From: Phoronis australis
Taxonomy: Eukaryota > Animalia > Phoronida
DNA: 64,000 bases
Assembly (NCBI GenBank): GCA_002633005.1
Contig: NMRA01000068.1
Location: forward strand, 160,453 to 224,452
Direction: 5' to 3'
Every line of letters begins with the position of its first letter. The first letter of the stretch is position 1. This document shows, piece by piece, positions 28,501 to 40,500 of the stretch. The translations under genes were made by a program, and so were the position numbers. The notes beneath the pieces were generated by a model, which was not told the origin of the DNA, searched no databases, and saw only the letters and a list, made by a program, of their open reading frames with translations.

Positions 28501-31500
28501 CCATAATGACCTGCCAGGTGTTTTCACGCCAAGAAATCATCAAAATTTTAATACGACATTTCTAGCTTCACAGTTAAAGAATGGTTAGCATTTTAATAAA
28601 GTGTCAAAACAAATCAAGATAATTGCGATCGTTTGAAGCATTCTGTCAAAGATAGTAAGCCTTCTTATAGAGTACCTGCCGCTATAAAACTGGTCTCAGA
28701 TTTTTCCTTTCTCATGAAGCGATTTCTAAGCTAACAGAGAACTGACAGTTTGTTATTGCTCAAGACCATGCTCGACCAAAAAATTGACCCACAACAACAA
28801 GTTGACTTGTAGATCCTGGTTCGCTGTAATAGTAAACCGCCAGTTATTAGAAAGCCAAGAATTCACCGCTAATTTACTCAAAGAAAATTTTGAGACCAAT
28901 TTCATAGTGGTAGGTGGTCTACGTCAAACACTGTGTTTTGACATCAGGCTTGTTTCTAACTGTTTTAATATCAAAGCTATCACTTCTTGATAACACATTC
29001 CCTACGTGGTCTGATAGTTAAGAAATAATCCAGCATAACACCAACTTAAGCTGTCATGAACCCAAAACAAAGATGACCTGATGAAAGTTTACAAATAAAA
29101 CATTCCATGAAAAGGAGGTTTTAATCAAACTACACTGCAATGCATGTCTGGAATAGAAAGATGCAAGAAGGTTTCAGACATTTGCCAAAAAGCGCCAAGA
29201 AAATAATCAATATACCTCTTCCTCATCTAACTTCCGCTTCTTTCCTTTCCTGAGTTTTATTCTCAGGGTGTCTGAAACATACAACAATCACTTTAAAAAA
29301 TAACTACACACGGTCCGGCAAACATTGTGCAAGACTAACGCAGGCCGCTTAGGGTGGCCCATGGCACTGATCACATGAAACCACTTGTTGTACTAAAGAC
29401 CAAACTCAAGGGTCTAGCAGCGTGCCCCAGTGGGACTTGAACCCTGGACCTTGAGTAAAGGAAGCAGACATTTATACCACTAGGTCCATCCTCTGGAACA
29501 CAATTTCCAACAGACTTACATTCGATGTGTATTTGAGGGCATGGGGATGGCACAGAATTTATAAAAACACTATGAAATCCGTCTGCTTGAAAACAACCTC
29601 CATTGAAGTCACACATGAATTTTAGGAGCTGAACATTTGTCCACAAAAGGCTCTATCCTCAACGAGTGACCTGGTGCATTTCAAGGTCACCACTACAGTA
29701 AAGAATGGAAGCTTCTGCAACAGAACCCATTGAAACCAACAAGCACTTCAATTAATTTTTACATCCATTTCCCATCTACACAGACCTGCCTTGACATCCT
29801 CGTCACTGGAAGAGTCCACTTCTTCTTCACTGTCTTCACCGTCAGCCTCACATTCAACATTTTCTTTGCTTGCTTCTTCACCATTTTTCTATGGAATTCA
29901 TAAATCATTACTTAAAATATTTATACTTAACAGTCATAACTACTCACATTTATACATCCTAAAAGTGACAAGAACTGACCTACTTTCAAACAACACAACA
30001 AAAAAGAAGCTTCAATGAAAACAGAATGAACCATTCCAGAAGACAGCACATTAACCAATCACAACGCTGCTTGTCTACACTACACACGCTCTGTTGCTCT
30101 ACTTTACCCAAACAATGTAGTCGGTTCGTTAAGAAACCAACACTCGCATTTGAATGTGAGAAATAAGAATGGGAACTAAATAATAATTGGAGACATATAT
30201 TCAAACAATTCTTTGCGGTTTAATTCATCACAGGTGGCTTATATAGATGTTTGAAAATTTTATCATATAAGCAGCACCCTTGCAATAGGCCTGTATACAT
30301 GGGTTTTCAATGTTGTAGACGAACCCACATTAGCTGAAAAAGAGTCTCATTGACAAACTTTAGTCCCATGATAATTATTTCTCAAAGTGCAAAGGGTAGA
30401 GTCAGACAGGAAATCAAATTGTTAACATGGAGCCTGAACTAAAGTCCCAACCAGACATCCTAAGCACAATGCTTTGTGGTATAAGAAAGATAGCATGATA
30501 TTTCACTAACTGTAAACTTTTTTATTTCCAAACAAATGCTACATGCAATTTCACAGTTAACATCAAGATGAAACCACTATTAAGTGACGTTTGAAAACAG
30601 ATCTTTTCCAGGACAGTTCAATAATGACAGACTAATGGACAAAATTTCAGCTTGAAAATTGCACCTTTGGAAAGAGTGTATCAATATGTTTTTTTTAAGT
30701 TCTGAGATATCGAGACCATCTATTTAAAAACACCTCATTTACGGCACGTAACGAACAAAAACAAACTATGAATGGATTTCCATCATCGCTTGCCTAGACT
30801 CCTCTGGCAGATATTTTCTACAGAGCTTGTGAAATCACAGAAGCAGGAACTCTGAAGAGGTCAACACTCATCCAACTGCAGAAAGGTAAAAATTTTATGC
30901 TCCAAAACAAGAAAATTGTATTATTCCCCTTGACAGCGATTAAAGTATTTAATTTTCTATGAACCTTTAAAAACATCTCATGCAAGCAGCCTTGTCACTT
31001 ATTCGTCACTAGGACTCTCAATACTCATCTGTACCACAATACACATGAGCGGCAATACATCACCTACTTAAAACTAAGCCATTAATTCCCTGAATCATCT
31101 TGAATGTTCTAATATTCTTCAACATACAGCCAAATATCGCTGATGTTTCATGGGAAAAAGAAAAAGCAAACCTGTGTTTTCTTCTCTTTTCGTAGCTTAG
31201 CTATTTTTTCATCCAGAGTTGTAGACATAGCTGATGTTGCTTTCTTTGAGTAAAACATGCTGATGTCAGAGTTCCACTCGTTCAAGCCATTCTAAGATTA
31301 TAGCAAACCAACATGAAACAAAGAATCAAGAGGAATCTGAAACTACAATCCAACCATCACAAAGTGTAGTACAGCAAAAATTCTCTAATTAGGGACGGTC
31401 TCTAAAATAAGGGACACTGAAACACCTGCAAAAAATTTAATCATTTTTTTAGTCTGTAATTTGGGACAAATGCGATTTTAATATTCACCATATTTCTGAA

Positions 31501-34500
31501 AATTCAAACGTTTTCAATCTACAAAGTGGGCACTTTTGCCGTCTTTCCGGGGAATCTTGAAGTTAGGAGGGCAAATATTGCCCATTTGGGACACACTCTG
31601 ACCTTGACTAAGATTTTTCACTGTCCTAAATTGGAAAACTTTTCCTGTAACCTTAAAAAGATACTGGCAGCATTCATACTAAAAAACTACACTACCACAA
31701 AATTATGCCCTGGAATATTCTACTTGCAACTTCAATGCAATGCTTTTATCATTACCGATAACTAAGACCAATACTTACCACCTCAGTGAAGTTAAAATCA
31801 TCATTGAAATCTTCATGCTTTCTAGTATTAGCACGTTTCTTCTTTCGTTTTACTGGCAACGGCTGGAAAGATAGTAGACCAGTTAGCTAACAATGAATGA
31901 CTTGTCGTCATTCATACAGTGTAAGGCACCCGGACACTTGCAGGATTAAGCAATGCACATAGCACGGAAATCATTTTTTTGGGATTGAGTCAGAGTGAAA
32001 TGCATGAACTGTGCGGGAGTGAACGCTAAATCGCAGAATTTTGAAGTTACGTTAAAAATTTGGCACACATTGATTTGTGAGTCAAGCGTGTATTGTTCGT
32101 GAACAAGTCATGAGGTGTGCCGTCAATGCTCATCACTTCGCGTCATGGTATCAATGTTCACATCCAGGCCCTGATAAAGGCATGCACACTACACAGCATT
32201 TTGTGTGTAACAACATGCCACTCTGCTCTATTTCTGTGGCAAACAGTGCCGACATTATTTACAAAAAGTGCGCAGATACAACGTAAACACGAACCCTATG
32301 AACTGGCACATATGGCCACAACAAACAGCGGTGCCAGTGCATGCCAAACATTGTGCAAGCATCAGGATGCCTCTATTACAACCTACTCTTTCCCAGTGCT
32401 TTTCATTTATGAACAGCTAAGGAAGCAACATTAAGACACTCCGATTAGCTGATGCCCAGAAATGCACCAGAATACAGCTCTATCTATTGAGAAATGCACT
32501 TGCGGCATGCTACTGACCAACAACAAGATTGAGGTTAAACTAAAGAACTGAGTACAGGTTCATGCTTCTAACAATGTAATAAGGCATCAAACAACATAAC
32601 AAAACAGCTCACAAAACTACAGTGAAAAATCACCCTGACAAGTCTTGAACCCATGACCTCTTTCTTCAAAGCAATCGGCCAAAGATCAATTGCCCTTAGG
32701 GGGCACCGAACATTCATATGTTACATCATCCAAAATTTCTACTTTTCAAATCCCCCCCTCCCCGGTGCAGGTTGCTGCCAACCGCTGCTAATTTAAGCTT
32801 TCAGTGCAGTGATAGACTGAAGATTAGTTCCACCCTATCACTTTATTAATCTCGACCGTATGTTCACAAGTCAACTCAAACAGAACGTCAGATGTAATGT
32901 CTGTGCTATGCTCCAGAGGAGGCAGTGTGGCCTGGTTGATAAGTGCCCACTTTCTCATTACTCGAAGTCGTAGGTTCAAGTCCCACCAGGTCACACTGCT
33001 AAACCCTTGAGCCAGGTTTCTAGCTCCTCAGCTCGGTTTTAACCATATATTAATAAAGCATAAAACTATTTCCAGGTGATCAGTGCAATGGGCCCACATG
33101 CGAGGCCTGCGCACGTCTGGTACAATGTGTATCAGACAGCCTGCAATTATTTTTTTTATATGCTCCAGCCAGTGAAGCGAAGCCTTGATGTATGATGAAC
33201 TTTTAAGACACTTGGAGCAACTGTTAATTCAATAATCTGCTGTCTTTATAGCTAGCTCTCTGTTGACTAACACTGTAACTGACAATTCTTTTTACAGCAA
33301 CTCGACTACAATTTAACCGTAAATTTCAACTCTTAACTGTCACTAATCTGTCACGATCTGTGTATGTGTCTAATACTCATAAACGCTCTCTGTTGGATAG
33401 TCGACACGTCCCAATAGAGTTTATCCCTGACAACTTAGGTGAGGAGGGGTTTGCATTAATTATATGTAATCCCGAGTTGGCGGATGTCTCGTGTATGGAA
33501 AACTGTTTTCAAATCTCCATAGATAGGGATGATCAAACCCCTTGTGTTGCGAGAGTATTGTCGATAGTTAAGGATACTTTGATTGCAAGCAGAGGGAGGA
33601 CACAAATCTGACTTTCTTATTTGACTGGCTAGATAATGGTGTTGAACCTTCACAATTCCGCTTATTTATCGCCAGCGCTACGGCCAAAACCTATTGGCTC
33701 AATAGGGAGCGGTTTGTTGTGTCTAATAACTTATTATATTGGAAGGCTACAGATGTGGAAAATACTCTAAAATTAGCAGATATTATAAAGCATGGTCATG
33801 ACTTACCCTCAGCAGGTCATCATTGACCGTACCAAAGCAAAGTTAAAAAATAAGTATTATTGGCGTGGTGTGGCCACTAGTGTTAAATCTTATATTGAAA
33901 CATGCCGGCTGTAATTTAAATAAGCAAGGTAGAGGCCGCCATGGTAAGTTTCCCTTAACCACATTTCATGAAGGGCTACCCATGGAACGTGTCCATCAAG
34001 ATTTCTTGGGTCCACTTCCTGTATCATATCAGGGCAACGAGTATATCCTCATGATGATAGACCAGTTTACCAAGTGGGTGGAGTGTGTAGCCCTCCCGTC
34101 GCAGATGGCAGAGGTCACGGTGAACACTGCAGTGGGCCAGTTCTTTTGTAGACTTGGGTTACCATTGCAAGTGTTTACCGATCAGGGACAAAATTTTGAA
34201 AGTCACGTGTTGCGTTACATCTGTTCCCTTCTAAAAATTCAGAAAACAAGAACGACTGCATATAGGCCCTCTTCAAATGGACAATGTGAGCATTTCAATC
34301 GAACCCTGATGGATGCAATACGTTGTTATGTCAGTCGTTTCCAAACTGATTGGGATATGTATTTACCCCAGATCGCTGGTGTTATCCGTTCTTGTGTTAA
34401 TCGTTACACTGGCTTTACAGCTAATAAAATGATGCTGGGTCGGGAAATAATTCAGCCAGTAGACCTCATGTATCTACCGCCCTTACAGGATGCTGAGGAC

Positions 34501-37500
34501 CCAATAGGTTATGTAAACCGGCTCAGTAAAGCGATTACTCAGACTCACGAGATAGCTAGAGGAACATTGCAGACTACCCAAGCTATTATGAAACGTGATT
34601 ACGATGTGTCTATGGTCAGACGTTCATATAAAGTTGGAGATTTAGTCTATGTCCTTGATTCAGCTACTGTCAAGGGGAAGTGTAAGAAACTATTACCCCC
34701 TTGGAAAGGGCCGGCCATTGTTCTCGAGGTCAATACTCATCATCTTTTCCGAATTAGACACAAGAATTTTGTGTCGGTAGTCAATCATGACCGTCTAAAA
34801 CTCTGTAAGGATAGGTTTCGAGACCTGCCAATCTGGCTTAAGAGAATGATCCAGGTAAATTCCACAGTGAACCCGGATAGCCTAGCAGAAGGCACTGAAG
34901 TATACTGTTTTTGTAGGAGACCTGATCATGGCGGGTCAATGATTGCTTGTGACGCATGTGATGAGTGGTATCATGGGGAATGTGTAAGCATTACCACTGA
35001 TGACGCACTGCACATTGACAGGTACATCTGTCCTAGTTGTGAATAACATTCACTTTGCAATATTTCAGATGTTTCGATGTACAAATGTACGACTGAAGAC
35101 AAATCCGGACTTGCCTTGCATTACGGATGTCCCAAGTGAGCGGGAGGACTCTACGCAGCCACCGCCTCAACCAAGAGAGCAAGACCAAACCCCGGTGCAA
35201 GAGGTGTCCACCGTAGCAGTAAATACGGGGGAATCGGACATCCACGAGTCAGTTTTAGACGACGACCCGATCGTAACTGTCACACCCTCACGCCCTATTA
35301 CTGTAAATGTGCCCCTGTCAACCCCCGCAGATTTTCTGGCCAGTCCCCCATCCCATATGATGGTAGATTCTGCGGTAGTCTCAACAGGTTCCCCAACTAC
35401 GCCGCTGGCTTTGATTGGAGAGTCTATTTGGGCCCTTCCCGAATACTCCCACGGAGTGCAGATGGCAGAAGTTTTATTACAGCCCACTGACCAGTATCAG
35501 TGTCCCCTGTGTCCTTTTACCGTTCCCCTCGGTGAAGATGAACATCTATGTAAACATATTTTCACTCGTCATCTTCCACCGTTATTTTCGACTAATCAGG
35601 CTGATGTGGTTGCCAGCCCTCAGCTTCATCGAGAGCGATACGAGTCTCTAGCTTATCTTTTTTCCTTGTTGGAGGGACGTAGCATGAAGGACTCGCTGGA
35701 TCCGCTGGATCTTGCGGGGCCTGAGCCAGCTGCCACGGGTACTACCCCTTGATCAGATGGCGAAGTCAGTTATGACTACCACATTTGACTGGGACCGAGT
35801 TCATAGTTTAACTTTAACACCCAGACTCAACTCGCCAGCCGCTTGCTTCCACTGGTATGTGATCACTCTACTGCTCCAGAAATTACCAGAGAGTGACCGT
35901 GCCCGATGGTTTCTGAGTGCCCATAGTGTGAGGCTTCCTCAGTCCTTCCTTGACTCCTCGGCCAGAGAGGTCGGGCCCTCGTCCTTTACAACCCCCAGGC
36001 CTCAGACCTCTACTTTAGCCCTTTCACCCCCCAAAAGATCTCGGACCTATGCCCAGGTTGCCTCCTGCACTGAGGCTCAACCTGTAGGGAGGAGGGGAAT
36101 GTTGTAATCGGCAACATCATTGGCCCTTTGTTTTTCCTGTGGTGTCTTGTGATTGGTGTTCCACATATGTCCCTTAAATAAGTCATTGGCGCCACTGTCA
36201 GATGGGTTTTTTCATGTTTGTGCAGCTTGGCGTCAACTAGGACAGACTTAACCATTCTCAAAAGAAAGTACTCTTCTCGTGCCTAACTAGTGAACCTGTA
36301 GGAATACAACATACGCATAAGCGTCGCGTTTCAACGGCCATTGTTGTGAATGTTGGTTTGTATGGTCTCGTCTTTTGTGTTGTCTCGTGTGTTCGTGTTT
36401 GTTCGGGGATTTCCGTGAGTGGCCGGATGTTGGGAGATCTAGAATTAGCACGTGACTGGGGAATGATGGGAGCTCTGGTCCTGTGACATGCAGGACGTCT
36501 GCGTTTGGCTCGCAAGATTAAGTGTGTATTCAAGGTTCCATATGAGTAAAGGTAAGCTGCACGCGAACCTGTATTGAATTACAACATTTGGCGTAGTCGG
36601 CTACGTGCAGTTTCCACCTTTGCACTGAGTGGCAATTTAAATTTTCGCAAATTATTTTACTCTTGTCATTCGGTACCACCCGTGTCGTAACAGGTTGGTA
36701 ACTGAAAACGTGTGTTCAGTTGTTAAGTTTTTTCATCTCCGCCTGAATTAAATATTTGGTGGTCAGCTCTATGTCATATTTATTTTTTGTGTTATTTGGT
36801 ATTGTTTTCAAGTTCAGTCTTTTCAGACCTGCATTTAATTAGTGCCACAACCTTTGTGGTACCATAACATGGCGTCCAAGATTCTAATCAATTCTTGTGA
36901 CGCTACATCACTGTTAGACCTTCCGGGTATGACTACTGATGTTGCTGCTGCAGTTATCGACTTCAGGGCAGTATCAGCGATTACTCCGGATAATGTAACT
37001 AAAATACATTCTGCTTGGAAGCCGACCAAAATGATGCAGAAACATATAGACTTCTCCATCCCGTCTGGTCTGCCGGAAGATTTGGTGAAAGTTGCAGAAG
37101 TGGTCGACAATTATGGTAAGCAAACACCGTCGAAAATTGTTTCAGCTCCTGCTTTTTTTCCAAAATTAGCAGCTAAGTTTACCCCGTCCAAGGCCAGTAT
37201 TGCTAGTGGTGGTGCTTATGAGAAAACAACCTCATCGCCGCATTTTAGCACATGGTCTAAGCCGTAGGGGTCATCAACTTATTGCCTACAACGTGCTCCA
37301 CGCAACCTAACTTTCAGTGGCAAACTAAGCACATGGGAAAATTTCTTGTGGAAGTTTGAAAATGTAGCCAAGGATAACTGTTGGTCTAGTCAGAAGTGTC
37401 GCACTGAATTAGGTATGTGCTTAGAAGGAGATGCTTCTCGTTGGTTCGCCAACCATATTAGGTCTTTTCCAGATGCTTCTTACAAGCAAATCATCAAAGA

Positions 37501-40500
37501 TATGATATATCGCTTTGGTGCAAATATCGAGTGTAATGAAGTACACCAGCTTAGATTCCAGTCAGCCAAACAAGCTCCTGATGAGTTGCTTGAGCAACGG
37601 GCTGACCGTTTAACCAGCTTATTCTTATTAGCTTTTCCAGATGCTAGGGACTCTGACAAAGCTCAGGCTGTCCTTCGTTTCTGTTTGGGTTTGAGGGATA
37701 AAGATGTTGCTCAGTGGACAATAAATAGTAAATCGGAGTCAGTCATAGAGGCTTTGAATGCCACACGATGGTTTTCAACCACCAAAGACCTTATGACACC
37801 GTCAAGACCGACCAAAGCTGTTTCTTTCTGTAGAGAAACCTTTTCAGACGAAGGTGAGGAAGAAGTTTCGGTTCGTCAGTTAAGTAAGAAACCCACTCTT
37901 AAGTTCACTCCTTGTGGCTCTTTAGAGTCTCGTTTAGATGTTCTTGAGGGTAGGTGTAATGACTTAGATGCATCAGTTTCTTTCCTTAAGACTGATAACG
38001 CTAAGCTTCATAAGAAGATAGACGGGTTGAAATCTGACCTGTCTGAATCTCATGCTGAAGTATCAAGCAATTTTAGTAAGTTGTTTGCAATGCTACAGAC
38101 ACAGTCGCGAAGCAACCTTCTCCGCCTTCACCAAGAGCTTCACCAGATTCATCTCCTGGAAGATCCTCTAATCTTCCCAGGTGTTTCAGGTGCGGTAAGT
38201 TGGGGCATTACCAGTCGAGTTGTAGGAGTTCTCCAGTGGCGGCTCGACGTATGTTCCTCAGTGACGGAGATTTAAACAAGTAGGGACTGGGGGACAAGGT
38301 CTAACCCCAGTTCGTACCAAGTCCAAAGACCTCCCTGATAGCAAGAAAATAGTTGGTCTGTTGGGTTATATGAAGAAACACATGCGTAATTCTTCAATTG
38401 CAGTTCAGTTACTAGTTCAGTCGTTAAAACTAAGACTGCTGAATCGTTTCCTCAGACCGCTAATGAGTTCTCTGTGACTTCAGTTGAAGATGATAACATG
38501 GTATCTAATCCAGTCCATAGCATTGAAGTTCCAGACTTATCAGCTGTTAATATTAGATCTGACTCATTAATCATTCAGACTGTTGCAGGTACTGTTTCAC
38601 AGAATGTCCCTCCAACTCCAAGGGGGATGCCTCAACCTGAAATCATTCCAGATGCGACAATGGGTGGGAACATCTGTGTCTCTCCTGTAGTTTCAGTTGG
38701 TGAGTCCGTTCCAGAGACCGTAAAAATTAAGAAGAGTGCATCGGGAAGTATGTACTACTTACCTGTAACAATTAATGCTACCTTAATCGATGCTGTTATC
38801 GACTGTGGAGCAGATAGTACCATTATCTCTCATCGATTGTTTAAGCTGCTAGAAGGTGTGTCTTTCTCACATTACATTGATGTGCATACGGCTGGTGAAG
38901 ACCTCTCTATGAAAGGTTTTCGGACACATCCTGTCACTGTGTCGATCAGTGACCAGAGTTACAAATCTTCGATAGTTGTGGCTAACATTAATGATGATTG
39001 TCTTCTTAGTCTTGATTTAATGAAGCAGTTAAATGTAGTAATTGATATGAAGTCGGATTCCATAACGTTCGCTAATGAGACGTTAGTTATGAATTATGGA
39101 GTTCCTTCCAAGTACCAGCCCACAGTTTGACTTTCCAAAAGTATTATTATTCCTGCAAATACAGTTAAGCGTGTGGAGTGCATTGATGTTCCAATTTGTG
39201 TTCCAACAGTAATATTTGAACCAAGCTTTACCGTGGATCCTAGGGTAATGATACCTCGTTCACTACTTAACACCGTTACCTCCCCAGTTTTATACATGTT
39301 TAATTCTTCGGAGCATAGTGTCAGGTCGAAAACTGGTTCAACATTGGGCTATTTAGATTGCATAGAAGAGTGTGAAGTGGACTCATTGGATCTGGCATCT
39401 GATGGAAGAAGCAGTACAGTCGTCAAGCAATTGTCTGCCGGTTCCAGTATGACTTCTGAAGGTACAAGGCCATTGGTGGCATTACCCGAAAAGGTAGACG
39501 ATTTATATAATAAGTCAAAAAATTTATTGACTGAAGCACAATCAAAGTTGCATCAGTTATTGCGAAATTATGCAGACGTTTTTGCAACGGACAACCTAGA
39601 TCTTGGTAACTTTACTGCAGTTGACCACGCGATTGACACAGGCGATGCTCAACCTATCAAAATGGCCATGCGACGGACACCAAGTTGTTTCGTGGCAGAA
39701 GAGGAGGGTCACCTTAACAAAATGCTTAAAGCTGGTGTCATTGTTCCTTCATCTAGTGAATGGGCCGCAACTCCTGTTCTGCTTCGTAAGAAAACAAGAC
39801 GGGTCAGTTCGTTACTGCATTGATTATAGGAAACTGAATGTCACTAGAAAAGATTCATGGCCTTTACCTCTCATTGATGAGTGTATTGACTTACTGTCTG
39901 GTAACAAGTGGTTCAGTAAGCTAGATGCCAATTCTGCATATTGGCAAGTTAAAATACATGAGGAAGACCGGAAAAAAAACGGCTTTTATAACCAAGTATG
40001 GGTTATTTGAGTTCAAATCCATGCCATTTGGACTCTGTGGTGCGCCTTCTACATTTTCAAGAGCAATGAGTTTAGTTCTTAGAGGTTTAAATTGGCACAC
40101 ATTTCTTGCATTCCTCGTTGATATCTTAGTACTGGGGTCAACCTTTGACGAGCACATTGCGAACCTGGAGGAAGTTTTTCAGAGATTCCGGAAGTTTCGA
40201 CTCAAATTGAAACCTAAAAAATGCCTCCTCTTCCAGCAACGGGTTGAGTTCTTAGGGAGATGGGTAGGACCATGTGGCTTGGAGATGGGGGATGAAAAAA
40301 AAAACATCGAAAAAGTTAAAAATTGGCCGGTTCCTCGTAGTAAGAAGCAATGTCAGAGCTTCCTTGGGTTTGCAAACTATCACAGGATCTTCATTAAAGA
40401 TTTTGCTGAGATTGCAGTTCCCTTATACAAAGTCACTGGAGCTTCTCTTTTCGTATGGTCAGATGAACAGCAGGTGGCATTTGACAAGTTGAAAGAAGCG

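Larger units (their letters stand above)
33355..36311 (+). mobile_element. Ty3/gypsy LTR retrotransposon copy A (family 1), 5'-truncated and internally deleted
   Basis: Starts inside pol; integrase + PHD to 35046; ORF3 N-terminal half 35069-36079; polypurine tract AGGGAGGAGGGGAA 36086-36099; 3' LTR TGTTGTAATC..GGAATACAACA 36100-36311. Confidence 0.92.
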
